A stretch of 64,000 bases of DNA from Pelomyxa schiedti (lineage: Eukaryota > Protista > Evosea): assembly GCA_020536535.1 (NCBI GenBank), contig JAHLWZ010000856.1, positions 1-64,000 on the forward strand. Direction: 5' to 3'. Position 1 is the first letter of the stretch. Each line of letters starts with the position of its first letter. The notes below the pieces were generated by a model, which worked only from the letters and a program-made list of their open reading frames with translations, made no database searches and had not been told where the DNA came from. Shown piece after piece: positions 49,281-63,000 of the stretch. The translations under genes were made by a program, and so were the position numbers.

Positions 49281-52200
49281 CTACATTTTACAGACACTGC
49301 TGCCTCCCTTCTCCCTCTCTTCCTCCTTGTTTGCTGATGATTTCCCCAGCAACCCAGTTAAGTTGGGAACAAGCCGTGATAGTCTGGTGGCTGGAGATGA
49401 CTGGACCACCAGGCCCAGTACTCCACTTCCACCAGTGGTGGGAGTTGCGTTGGATAATGACGTGGTGCTGCTGCTTGTTTGTGAGGGGGTACCTGATGAT
49501 GTGGTGGAGGTACCACTCGGTGATGTTGGCGCTGTGGTTGCTGCGGATGTGGATGCTGATGTGGCTGCTGATACAGTGGTTGGTGTGGGAGAGGTGGATA
49601 GGGTGGGACTAAGGGGGGTTTTTGGGGGTGTGAGTGCCCACACATACAACCTCTTGTCACTGCCTCCGCCATAAATAGCCCCAGTGTCAGAGTGAACACA
49701 GAGTGCAGAGCCGTCAAGCCGGCGTAGGCAACGCTCGCTGTGCACATCCCAGAGCTTAATGACCTATGTGTGTTAGTGCGAGCCGAAACTTGCAGGACAA
49801 TCCTACCTTGTCTTTACCACAAGATACAATTTTTACATCATCAAATGACAAACTGTACACTGGCGCCCCAGAGTAAAATGATTTTGTACATTGGAGGTGC
49901 TTTAAGTCCCAGCGATGAATGAAGCCGTCATTTCCCCCACTTATAAGTACATTATCCCCAGCAACATGGTTCAACGAAGTCACTTCACCCTTGTGGCCTT
50001 GTTTGTTGTTATTGTTGGATCGGTGAAGCCAGGTATAAAATAAAAGAATGCACCTCGGAGGCTTGACACAACATGGAAAGTGGGAGTGCGTGGATCCCAG
50101 AGTCTTACAACACCATCTTCATACCCAGAGGCAATCAAATCACCATGGAACGTGACAGTTAATGGTGACGCCTCTGTATTTCCTCTTAGTGTGGAAATTG
50201 TGGTTGCTGTCTGTAAGTCCCACAGAAGAAGAGTTCGGTCCTTGGAACCACTTACAAACCGTGTGCCATCAACAGAAAGGCATGTAACGATTTCCTTGTG
50301 TTTACCGACAATCTGTATGTGGTGACAAGGGGTTGAAGTTCATAATCGTACTTGGCAAAGTCCTTTGGTTTTGCACCTGCTATCCAAGTACCATAGGCGG
50401 ATGGTTTTATCTGCAGAACCGCTTTGTTTGCATTAGCTTGTAGTTACCCACCAATTCTCTGGGAAGGATACCTTAACAGGGAATATCCTGCCGCTTCGGG
50501 AGTTATAAAATCTAGGCATGTCACTGTGCCACGATGTCCATGCAAGGTATTTATTCTCCGCCTTTTGTTAAGATCCCAAATCTGTACCTGGTCACAATTG
50601 ATTTTGATGTCAGCAAACCTTGATGTTTTTATCAGCACTGCCAGTAAATATCAGTGGGTCCATGCCACCATTGCACCGTAATGTTGTAATTGGCTTTTTA
50701 TGGCCCTTGAACACTGCAGGCACAATTTCTTTTGTAGCCCAAGCATGTTGGTTACAGACATAGTTGGTAAACATATTTTTCCATGACTTATCTGTGGAAT
50801 TTAAGTGGGGCCATTGATAATGTCAGCCTAACCTTTGACAATAACGGTATTCCAGTAGTCAAGGCAGACAAGTTGCCATATGTTGTCATCTTTAAATACT
50901 TGCAACCAGGTTCGACAGACCTGGCTTGAATCAACATAAGAAAAGCAGTATGTAAGCTACCTGGGGAAGATGCCGTAAATCTGAGACTGTAAGGAACTTC
51001 AAGATTGTTACAATGACACTTGGTGGAAGATTTTCTAAGAGGAAGTGTGGACGGGATACGACTGAAATGGAAGCTGGTTGGCCGCCGAGATCGCCCGAAA
51101 GTGGTGAAGCGGGGTTTAGAGGCGGGGATGAAAACTTTGGGAAGGACAGCTGCATAACATCAAGTTGGTGTGAATGCGAGTGTTGTCGCTGGTGGGAATG
51201 AGAGCGTTGACGAGTGTGGGTATGATGCGTGCGTGGTTGTGGAGATGTCGGCTCTGAAGGCTGGATAGAGGGAACCGATGTGGAAGAGACAGTGGGTCCT
51301 TGCATTTCAACTCCACTCGTTGCTGGAGAGATGGAGAGCTCAAGATTTGAAAGGGAAAGGGCCGATTTTACGCGTTCCATTGTAAGGAAGGGATTCTTCA
51401 GGAGTTGTTGGGCAGTTGGTCTGAGTGTGGGATCTCTAAATAAACTTGTAAGTAAAATACTAAAACTACAACACTACCGTTGTAGACAGGTATCAAGAAG
51501 TTGCTGCAACTGTGGCGACAAATGGGAAGGTATATGCAGAGGTGTTGTAGTATTACAGATGAAATGCATTGCTTGTGTAGGATCTATTTTCCACTTTCAT
51601 TCAAAGATGTCGAGGGAAAGTGTGGAAAATAAACTTGGGAATTGCTGGCTCCAGGGTGGTTTACCAGTAACCATCTCCACAATTGTGCATGCCAAGCTCC
51701 AGATGTCAGCAGAGCTAGAGGGGTTTGAGAGACTGGCAGTTAGAGTAAACATACGGTCCATGGCCATTGGCAAGCATTACTTCTGGTGCCTACCACATAT
51801 TATTTGACAAAAGAGAAAGAAGACAGATAATATACCATCCAAAATGGAGTCCCTCGCACACTGTTTGGTTGAGATTGAGCAATAGTATCTACAGAAGAAA
51901 GTTGATTAAAATCTTGGTTGTTACATTTTTCTTATATACCTGTAATATTTCTGGAGCACCCAAAATCAGACAACTTCACATTCTCCCTCCCAACACCAGT
52001 GTCAAGTAAAATATTAGCACACTAAGGATTATTAGGTTGCTTGGGTAATCAGTCATGCCTTTATGTCCCTGTGTAGAATATTGTTCTCGTGAAGATATGC
52101 TAAGCCTTGTAGTAGTTGCTTTGTATAAGAGCGCACCATATTTTCAGAAAATGGACCAAACTTGGATAAAATGGAGCTGAGTGAACCGCCACCAACATAC

Positions 52201-54968
52201 CTGTACTTGTAAGAAGAATTACGAGACAAAGTAAGAACATACTCCATAAAAATATTCAGCATCAAGCCATCGATCGTAGCCCCCAAATATTTGACAATAT
52301 TTGGGTGCACAAGCTTTTTCATCAACTGGATCTCTTTGTCATAAGATTTCAGAAGCTAGTATGCATTAGCCCAGTTGCAGGCAAATTCAAAGTACCTGTT
52401 GTGCATTTTCATCAGATATATTCTCAATTTCAATTTGTTTCACAGCGAATATTTCTCCAGTATCTTTATTCATCCCTAGATACACAGTGCCGAAGCCACC
52501 CCTTCCAACCCGTTGCATTTTTTGCCAGTTTTGGGGTGTAGTTGTACACTTTGGTACAGTGTAGTTAACCTGCACTTTGGATTAGCGGGATACTTGTGAC
52601 TTCTAACTTCCTTCAAATTACCTTAATTTCTGGGGCATCAACTCTTATTTCAAGTGGTAGTACTGAGGAGGTTACTTCCAGTTGAAAAGGAATTGGTGGA
52701 GGTGAGTGAGACATGGGAGACGGGGATAGTGATGGAGTTGGTAACGGAGATGGCTGTGGAGACGGTAAGGGAGAAACTGGGGAATTTTCAGACATTGCCG
52801 CATGTTTTGGTGATGACGGGGGGGTTTTCTCTGCGTCTCTGCTGGAGGATTCCCTTAATACTGGGGGATCAAGTCGGGGTGGTGTTCGTGTATACTCTGG
52901 TGGGGTAGACTCCTCATCAAACTGCCCACTTTCAGAGGTGTCTTCATCTTCATTTTCTGTTCCGCTACTGGTGTCACCTTCCGTGGTACTACTAATTTCA
53001 ATTTCTCCTTCCTCACTTTTTTGAATCTCACTGTTACTGGAACTCTGTGCTTCACTACTTTCACTTTCAGAGCTGTCATTCTTGACGGATTCCTTGTAAT
53101 CGTTCTTGTTACTGGAATTGTATACTGAAAGCTTTCTTTCAAGTTCTCCTCCAGAGCTACTTTCACTTCCTTTACTGTGCGTCTTCTTTTTTCTTGGATT
53201 GAAATTTTCATGTAGCCTCTGATAGTTTGCTGCTGGAGGAAATGAACCCAACTTATCCTCCGATTGGTAGGAGGCTGTTGGCGCACATGTACGCTGACGA
53301 GAAAGATGCATGGGTGTGGGTTGAAATGTACTTTGAATTTGAGAGGGAAAAGGGTCATGAACTTGGTCAGTTGGATTACTTTTTCCTGGACGAAAGATTG
53401 AAAACTGGTCTGGAGGATTCCGAGCTCTCTTATTAGTGTCAGCTAATGGTGTCTGACCAAGTGCAATTTCATGGGGATTGCTACCTTCGTGTGGTAATTT
53501 TATGGGAAGGGATTGTATTTGTGGTTGGGATGACTCAGTCGTGAAGTAACTTGAATTTGATACAAGAGTGAGTGGTGCTGGAAGTGATGATCTTAAAGAA
53601 AACTGCCGGTGGTTATGCTGTTCTTGTGGTGTGGAAGCTCGTTGATATTCCACTTCTGTTGGTGGAAATTGTGTAGGTTGCTGCGGTTGTGGTTGCTTAG
53701 GAGGTTGAAGTATGGCTGGTGATTGTGATTGGCTAGGAAGGGGTAATGGCGGAGGTGACAGAGGCAACTGGGGTTGGAATAATAAGGACTGGGGCTGTGA
53801 GGTGTGGTGTTTCTCGGAGTGGTGAGTTTTAGATGTGTGCTGAGTATGGTGGTGCTGGTGATGGTGGTGATTTTTCCTGTCACTCACACTAGGTGAGGAG
53901 ATGGCCCGTGGCATTGAGTGTGCATTTGGAGACTGTGATCTGGATTGAGTGAAATTTTGCTGTTTCAAGGAAGATTGACACGAGTGTGGAGATGGCGAAT
54001 TGGCTAAGCGCGTATCTCCCCTACTGTCACTTGTCACAATTGGAGGGTCTATATCTGTCCCACCCTCCCTGGGATATCTATCTTCACGGGTGAAGTCTCG
54101 GTGAAGGGACCATGGTGAAGTGGTGGATGTGCGCCGGTAAAATTCTGCGGGATCTGATTCAGCACGATTTCTAATGTTGGGAAATTAATATGTAAAAAGT
54201 ATGCCAAGCTCACTGCTACCTTGTTGGTGTTCGTTTAAGATATACCCTTAAAGCTGACACATCGTTTTTTCTCTTTCTAGCCTTTCTGTGAAGATACATT
54301 AGTACTGCCTCTTCGAGCCAAGAGCTCCCGGTACCAACAGTGACTATTTCGTGATCGTTATCTTCATACCTAGTCAAACAAAAATAAACCATAAATAACG
54401 AAATAGTAGCCTCAGATTTGTCCAGAAATAAAAGCAAAGAAAAAGAGAAAAAGAGCACAAGTTGAAAAAAGAAGGAAAAGGTACTGGTACACTGTCACTG
54501 GCTCCCCAAAGACACGGCACATTTGAGCCACAACGAATGCCTCGGACGCACCCTGTGATACGTGAATTACGTGTATCACATTATCCAGGTAACACTTCAA
54601 TCGGACCTGCGATCCCGTCGAATGGAGGTTATTCCCTACCCAGGATATAGTAATAATAATAAGATAATACAAACGTGTGGACTGTGTCCATTAGTGTTCG
54701 GTTTTATTTTGAGTTTTGGTTGGCAGAATGAATGCAACGTGTCACCCAAAATGAAAAGAAAGGAAGGAAGTTCCTCCTCCACACCATAATTTATCTGCCG
54801 GGCCTGGGTCTTGGTGTGAAGCAACGTCCAGGGGGTTTTATTGTCGTTCTTGTCCCCAGCAAGGATCCGGCCGTCCCTCCACTGAATGTCGTCGACAAGG
54901 GACACTCCTTTTTCTTCCTCTTTTTTCACCTTTGATTCGCCGTATTCCATCTCTTCACGGACCTTCAT
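49281..54968 (-). CDS. mkkA: MEKK-alpha-like MAP3K (PB1 + STE11-type kinase + F-box + WD40); start uncertain
   Basis: PB1-like [19 protein letters not shown]; [36 protein letters not shown]; F-box [16 protein letters not shown]; WD40 [20 protein letters not shown]. Confidence 0.88.
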
Positions 54969-55134
54969 CAGTGTCTCCTCTGTGCAAGGCCACCCCAGGC
55001 TCCTCCGTCCAGTATTCCTCTGTCCTCTCAGCCGACAGGCCCAACTCCGACAGCATGCGCCGGACTCACGGCCTTCAGTCCCCAGATGATCAAACCAAGT
55101 TGTCTGTTGAGCAGACAAAACGAAAAGGGAAAAA

Positions 55135-56596
55135 ATGGGGTCAGTGGTGACGGGAGCGGTTGGTGTGTCTGTGCTCTTGGTCGTTGTTGCTGTTTTATTT
55201 GGTCTGAAGATCAAGTTTACGCCGGAGGTAGTTTTGTTCTGGAAATCTACACTTTTTTTTGGTTTTTTTTGTATTACTTCCTTATTATTATTTGGTGCTG
55301 TCGTTGTTTTCCTATTTGTTTGGTTTTTAACCAGCAAAGTGCAGGTTTCTAGTGTTTGGATTCCTGGGGAGAACTACTTTGAGGATCCATTGTCACAAAC
55401 GCGGCATAGTTTCCCGGCACTGGTTGCTGGTCTTACTTCCTGTGGTTTTTCTTAATCTGATTGATTCTTTGCAAGGAAGCGGCCGTTCATCTCACTCTTC
55501 CCCGTCTTCTGTTTACCTCTCTGTGATTGTTCCAGCCTACAATGAACAAGTATGTTCCACATTGCCAACTGAATGTAATAATGCAGCGGGCGTGGCAATC
55601 ACAAACGTAAATATAAAACGGGGATTGCATCACAACCCACACAGAAAAGGCTCCCAGCGATGCTGAACGAAACTATAGCGTATCTTCATCACCGTGCTAC
55701 TGTTGACCCATCGTTCACATACGAAATTATTATTGTGGATGACGGCAGCAAAGATAGTACCACCATGTGTGCCCAGAGTTACCTGCTGCCACAGGGATCG
55801 CCAGATTGTGATAAGAATCCCGAGTTACCTCTGCTCACAACAGAAAACTTTAGGGTTCTCAAGTTACTGAAAAATCGAGGAAAAGGAGGAGCCGTAAAGC
55901 GGGTGTGCACTGTCTTTGATCAGTTCATCTCATAAAGGTGACACAAAAGGGCATGCTCTGTGCTAGGGGCCAGTTGTTACTGATGGTGGATGCAGATGGT
56001 GCCACCAAATTTAGTGACTTGGAATCTTTGGAGAAACAACTCCAGCCTTTTGTATCTTCACACACTGCTGGCTTAGCAATAGGCTCACGGGCCCACATGC
56101 AAACGGAAACTGAAGTACAGGTACATGCTTATTAGTTTCCATTCAAAAGCTTATGAGAGATCTACTCAGCGCACATTCATTCGAATGATTCTACAGAAGG
56201 GTTTCCATGCATTTGTGACTGTTATGTGCAGCTACGCTGGACACATAAAAGACACACAATGCGGCTTTAAGTTATTTACCAGAGAAGCTGCCGCATTACT
56301 ATTTCCAAATCAACACATTGAGAGGTGAGTATTTCCAACCAAACAAAAACCACTTGACATTAGCATAGATGGGCATTTGACATTGAGCTCATTTATCTTG
56401 CTTCCAAGCAGGGTGTTAAACTCTTTGAAGTGCCTGTCAACTGGCATGAAATTGATGGGTCAAAGTTAACGCCATTTGCATCTTCCGTTCAAGTACAGTT
56501 CTCTTTCTATGGACATTCATTCATCTTTTACAGATGGCACGAGACCTCTTGAGGATTCGACTTATGTACCTGTTTGGTTTATGGTCGATACAATAG
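55135..56596 (+). CDS. ALG5: Dolichyl-phosphate beta-glucosyltransferase
   Basis: N-terminal TM; [73 protein letters not shown]. Confidence 0.93.
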
Positions 56597-56662
56597 AGAT
56601 CATTTATGTTGTTGGCCAAAAAAGGAAGTGCTGGAACAAAAAAAAGAAATCGTATTTCTAAC

Positions 56663-58344
56663 TCAAAGAAGTTTTACATACTCAGCAGGCACAAATCCCT
56701 CTTTGTCACCCATCCTAGCATACCACCATCCACTATCATCCTGCTCAGTGATGAACAGGACATCGCCTTCCGAAATAGCCATTTCCTTGTCATTGGTTGG
56801 AGTGTAGTCGTAGAGAGCCTGAGCCCTGGTACCCTCGGAATCACCTGATTCCTGTGTGTCTTCACTGTTCTCCTTGGGCTTTTCAGTCGTTTCTGCGGCG
56901 GGTGTTGCTGCTGGCTCGTCGTCATCTATCAGGTTCAGGATTAGTTATTTGTGGAAGTGTAACGTTTATGTACCAAATGGATTGCTGCCAGGTACAACTG
57001 CAGCGGTTGCAGCAGGTGTGTTATCACGTTTTGGTTTTGGGGCCTCTTCACTCGTTGCTTCTGATGAGCGCTTGAATAAGGGAGTGGTGCTGGCTGGTGC
57101 AGGAGCTGGGTCAGATGGCTTGCTGCTTCGGATTGATGGGGACCCAACACTTTTGGTGGTTCCGTCCCACGATTCAAACAAAATTGGCTCTGGAACGGAT
57201 ACACCAGTTGCATTTTGTTCACACCAGGAAGAGATATCTAAATTGTTACTAAGTGGTGAACCAGTAGGTAAAATGTGAACCTCCGGCAACAGAAATTGAA
57301 TTGGCACCAGAATTAATATTCTGCATTGTCTTGTCCCATTTTTCTGGAAGCTTAATGGCATCCATGTTTTTAACGTACTTGATGATGGTGTCTTTGACGA
57401 AAGTTATTCTTTCTTCCTACAGTTTTGAAGTCAGAGTTTATGATAACGGTCTCCAAAGTGCCTCAAATTGTTGGAACTCTCTCAACGCGTTGGGCTGTTC
57501 TGTTTCATAGTGGGCAGCTTGCATTTCATTGCTTTTCCCAAGAACTTCTGTATACTTATCTTCTGCTGCTTTGGCTTTGTCCTGTTGGTAAAAGTTTTAT
57601 TTTTTTTTCTCTAAATTAGGGAGGGAGATTACCTTTGCTTGTTGTAATTTTGTCTCCGCGTCTGTTTTGGCTTTGGCTTTCAGGGTTCCGTCAGCTTCCT
57701 TTTTAGTGAATGCTGTCTGCTGGGCATTAGCATCCTTCGTGAGTTTCACATAGTTCTCTTTGGTTTTTTTCAGTGTGTCAAGCTGGGTTTTCCAATCTTT
57801 CGTGATCTTGTGAGCATTGTGCATAAGGAGTTTTTGCTTTTTCTCTCGTTCTTTGACAAAAGTGTCCACTTCCTTGCTAAGGGCGATGAGCTGCTCCACA
57901 AATGGATTCTGGCACATGAAGACCCCTTCCATTTCCGTAACGAGTGCAGACATTGCGGCCTGAGGGTTAAATGATTAGTTGATTATTGCTACTGCGTTAT
58001 TGACTCTGCACCTGTACTGTGAAATCAAGCAGGGGTAACTTCTTTTGTTTGAAAGTGGTACAAAGAGTACCCATTTTAGATAGGTATTCCTTGTGAAAGA
58101 TAAGAACAGGGACAATAAAGTAAGAATAGGCACCTTTTGAATTTCCCTATGCAGATAAAATAAGCACACAAAACCGAAGCATCTTTAAAAAAAACAAAAA
58201 AAAAAGGCTGCAAAATAATTAAAAAACGTACGACAAGTGCTTGAAAAAAGAACCCAGTTGTTTCGTAGATCTCAGAGTCGCCAACGTGCGTTTGTCCAGG
58301 GTCTCAAACCCATCCAGCAACGTCTGCGGAAATCCCTTGCTCAT
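56663..58344 (-). CDS. F-BAR (FCH) and SH3 domain protein
   Basis: N-terminal FPQTLLDGFETL plus helical exons; C-terminal AQALYDY..EMAISEGDVL..DSGWW..EGFVPAEYV. Confidence 0.85.
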
Positions 58345-58732
58345 CTCCTTGTGTTGATTTAAGAGTGCGTTTGAAACTTGATTGGCTACTGCCGAGAAAA
58401 AAAAAAATAGACAGACACCCGCACTCTCGTTGTTTCGAAAACTTTGTTTTTTCTTTTTTGGCTCTTCACTCACTTTGATTTTGGGCGAAAACTATGCCGT
58501 GAAAGCGCACGCAGGCTCATCTCATCCAAGCTGATTCACAGCTCCCCCTGCAAGCGCATGAGTTGTGGAATACTAATAACATGGCTTCGAATCCGATAGT
58601 CTAGCTTCTTTCTGTTTTCTTAGCTTGGCTATTTCTAATTTTCTTTTTCACTTTTGGCTGACTCGGCCAATTCCACGGTCAGATCTGCACCTTCTGGAAA
58701 CCATAATCTGAACGAAAACAAGCCAAGCAACG

Positions 58733-60736
58733 ATGTCAACCCTCGAAGTCTGCGAGCCTTGCCTTCTCCCCGACTACTGCGACAACACCTTCGTGAGCGC
58801 AGGGTTCCCCGCCTGGGGCGACCCCGACGACCCCTCGTGCCTCGCCCCCGCGCCCTCCCTCCTCTACCAGCAGAACCTGCTCGACTTTTCTTCCTCGGCC
58901 GCAGCCGCCCCAGGGTCGCCCCTGCCTCTGCCACTGCCACTGCCCCTGGACGGGCTCGCTCCCGCCAGCCCCCCCGCGTGCTCTCCCTCCGGCCGCTACT
59001 GCTTCGAGCCGCCTCCCCCGCTCCCCCTGCAGGGCGTCGTGCCCGCGCCCGGCTCCTGCTCCCCGCCGTCCTCGTCGTCTACCTCTTCTTCGTCCACCTC
59101 GTCCCCGCTGCCATACTCGTTTGGATCTTGCTCCGATGACAGCACGACGCCGCCGCCGCCGCAGATGCAGCAGCAGCAGCAGCCGCAGACGATTCTTGTG
59201 CCACAAATGATTCCGCCGGGAATGGAACTGGCCTTCTTGCCGCAGCCTTGTCTCGGTTCTGATCCATCCGCTGCACTACCCTGTGCCTCTATTATGGGTG
59301 AGGCCCCACAGCAAGACAGACCAAAGAGAAGAAGATGTGGGCAGCAGCAATTAGATTGGCACTTACAAACCAATTCTATTCTAGTCACGAATCCAAACCC
59401 GGTGGGGAACTATGATCCTGCCGCAATTGCATCCACGTCACCTGTTTTCCCTACTACAATGCCAGTTGTGAACCCACCCCCTGTTGGTGTTAAACTTCCA
59501 CGTTCTATGCTGCTGAAAATGTCAACTGGTGACATTCTGGAATATGCACGTTCTGTAAGCTCGACCCGCGTTCTTACTACAGAGGAAATCCGCGATCTCA
59601 AGAAGCAAAAACGGTGCGTGAATATTGTGCTCGTAATCGGTACTAACCAATAGTAGTATGGTTAGAAACAGGGAGTCAGCACAACTTTCTAGGCAAAGAA
59701 AGCGAGAACAAGTGGAACAACTGGAGGAAATTGTACGGAATCTCTCAAACGAGAATGACGCACTTAAGAAAGCTGCAGTAGATATGCGAACGCAACTTTC
59801 AAACTTACAGTAGGTCTGCAGAGTTCTTTCCTGTCTAAATAGTTGTATCAGGACTGAAAACGACCACTTGAAGAAACAGATTGCTGCAATCGAGGCTCAT
59901 GTGTCGCGTCAGCCACCCACAGCGCACTCAACTGCATTCTCGTCCAAGCGAATTAAAGTCACTGGTGTAGCTCTCATGGTACCTTCTATCTCCTTTCAAC
60001 ATACTTCTAAGGCTTCCTGTAGTTAGTTCTTTTTGTTTTTGGATTGGGTATGCATCAGCTGTATGGGGCAAGGTTAGAAGGAACCCAAGGTAACCATCTT
60101 CAGCAAGCTGAATTTTTCCGTACAAGTATGTCCATCTATTCATCATATTGTGTAGTAACCCACTTAGATATGGAACTACCAGTAGAAGATGTAAGAGTCT
60201 CTAGAATCCTTCTAGAAGTGTGTTCTGTCTGTTCTGTTAATTGTTCCTCAACTCCTTAGGAAAAAGCGAACCGTGAAGAACGAATTGATTTTGATGCACA
60301 AATACTCCCTGTCACTCCAAAATCACACCTTCTTTCCTCCGCCGAGAGATCCGGTAACGCCCTTGTTCTGAGCAAGTCAGCAAACCGCCTACCTCCCAAC
60401 ATTCCCCAGATGCCTCCAGACTCCTTGGTAATCTCCCACATGCTTCCACCACTTATTCCTCTTAACTCACGCCCGCATTTTCAGTTTGCTGATCCTGACT
60501 GGACTCCCAAGAACATGACATACCTAGTTGCTGAAAACGTGGTGAGGTTTGACCCGCCGTGGGCCACACCCAACATCCTCTTTGACGAAGACCCATCCTT
60601 TGCGCTGCTGTTGCCCTACAGCAGCCTGAATAGAAGTGGACCGGCTTCCATTACAGGAGGAGAAATAGTTGAAGTTACATGCACAGTCATTGGTGTCAGC
60701 CTGATTCCACAGAACTGCTTGCCCAAGCAGGACTAG
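58733..60736 (+). CDS. Membrane-tethered bZIP transcription factor (ATF6/CREB3/bZIP28-like)
   Basis: LKKQKR/MVRNRESAQLSRQRKRE plus leucine zipper; TM VTGVALMLVLFVFGLG; RILL; C-terminal VEVTCTV. Confidence 0.8.
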
Positions 60737-61058
60737 GTGTATTTTGTGTCTGAGTGTTAATCTTGTACTTTTAAAAGCAAACAAAATCCCCCCCTCTCAC
60801 AAACAGCAACCAAACAAGCCACCCAACCAATCACCCAAATGCACATTCTCTCTGTTAGTGAAATCCTTTCCTCGCACCTGAAAACAACAGGTCAACAGTT
60901 CCTTGTTTGGGAAATGAATTTTTACAAAATTCATCTGCCGGTCCTAGCTTCGACTGCACTTCCTTGATTCAAGCGAAGGAAAATGTAAAGTGATTCAATT
61001 TGACATTTAACAAAAACAGAAAAAAACCGTTTCTCTCGGGGCAGCGTGGGTGGTACAA

Positions 61059-62842
61059 ATGGGTGCAGGAAGCAGTATTAAGCCCGGAAGTGCGCCACCA
61101 AGGCAGATCCAACGCAACGTAGTTGTGAGGAAGATTCCGACGTCTCATCATCATGGTGCTGTAACGGGTGGTGCCTTTGGATCTAGATCTCCGCCGATTG
61201 AGTCAGTAAAGCGCTCAGCGCCTACACCTTCGATCACGCGGCCTATTGCTGTGAGTCCAGCGAGGATTTCGTCGTCTCCGCCACTTGGGGATCTATCGAG
61301 TGCACCCAGTTTGCCACCGAGCAAGTCGCCGCCGCTGGCAAAGTCTCCTCAGTTGTCAGTTTCACCTGTTGTCCCGCATTTCCCGCTGAGCCCATCGAGC
61401 TCTCCATCACCTGGTGCTCTCAGAGTGCCTGTATCAGTGTCAACGTCTCCGGCAAGTACCTGGTCTACTTCTCAGGATGGAGAGGTGGCTGCCTTGAGGG
61501 AGAGAGTTGCTCAACTGGAGCACGAACTACAGTACCCGTTTGAGGCTTCTATGTTGGTTCTAATGTCTTCGAACTTTTCTTTTTTTCTTTCTTTCAGGCT
61601 TGCAAAAGCTAGGCAGCAACAAGACGCTGCTGAGCAGTACGGAGGAGTTCTCACCAAAACTGTTTCTTGCCCGGCACAGTTCATGCCAATGTTCAAGCAA
61701 GCAGAGGAAAGAGTTGCCAGCTATTTTGCTCAGAAAGTTGAGGACCCGTCCTCGGCTTCCATCAGTATCATGGACGAGGTGAGATTTTTATATTTTTTAC
61801 AGGATCCATCCATCTTTTCATGGATTCCTTAACCCCAAAATAAAACAACATCAGCGAACTGTGAGCTTCCTTTTCTTTTTCTCCTTTCTCATGTGCCTCA
61901 AAGAGATATATTATTATCCGTGGTTCTGCCATGTCCGTTGAGTTTTTCCGGCTTGTATCCACAGTTTTTGGTTCAGGCAAGAGAAGGCAGGCACTCGAGT
62001 TCACCAGAAATATCTTGTATGATTTGGCACAGGTTTTCTTATTGTTAAATGGGGTTATTTTGATCTTGGGCTAGGTTATTGGGAGAACTGATGCACAGGT
62101 CTTCAAAGCTAAAATGAACATCACCGATCCAATCATTCACCTAGCTGCCGGTACAGTTCATTTTGCTTTTGCAGGTGAAGCTGTATTCCCCATTCAACTG
62201 TAATATTCATCTGACGTAGGTTGGGCACACGTTAGAGTACTGCCAGAATCAGTTCCCATAGGACTTCCAGAAAAGTACTTCCTTTTCTATGAACACCCAT
62301 ACTCCTTTGAGGCACAGTCATATATTGAAAATGGAGAAACGGTGTGTCCTCGTGGAATTAAGACTGCATTGTTTGACAAACGCAGGTCGATACCCCGATA
62401 TGTGTAATGAGTGCCGGGTACTCTGCTGGCTGGTGCTCGGAAGCTTTTGGACTGGATACGTGCGCAACGGAAGTGCTATGTAAAGCCAGAGGTAACTCAA
62501 AGAAAACTATTCAAGTGGTATTCACTGTACACAGGAGATGAGTGTTGCCGGTTCCTTATGAGCCACCCTTCAACAATAAAGCAACGTGTACTGGAATACA
62601 AGCAGAATCACCCAAATCTTAATGTGTTCACAGACGGAGCACCCGGGGTATAGTAATCCTCTTGAACTCGAAAGAAATCTCACTTGATGTCACAGTTCTT
62701 CCTCTCAGGTAAAGCTGATGAAGACCTAAGAACCCAGGTTGTAAATGCCGAAGCCACGGCATCGGAGCTGTCACGTAAAGTCGACCAACTTCTCAAAGAA
62801 AAAGAGGAAGCCTACAACAAAGTGATAAACCTCTATGTATAA
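61059..62842 (+). CDS. V4R (XylR-N-related) ligand-binding domain protein with N-terminal MG motif and coiled coils
   Basis: TVSCPAQFMPMF..YFAQKVEDP..ERYIIIR..SVEFF..GWAHV..HPYSFE..CVMSAGYSAGWCSEAFG..EVLCKARGDECCRF. Confidence 0.85.
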
Positions 62843-63000
62843 TAGAGGTACCACTATGTACTGTATGTACTCAATACACCCCCACCCTCAAGATAAAAAG
62901 AAAAAGAACAAAAATTTCATTTTGGAAAACATGCGTTCCTTTTTTCTCGAACGCACATTTCTTTTTCCTTTTCCGATTCAAACATAGAGAACTTTGATCT

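Noticed and set aside
49281-54968. Kinase + F-box + WD40 fusion as a novelty
   Set aside because: Known architecture of Dictyostelium MEKK-alpha
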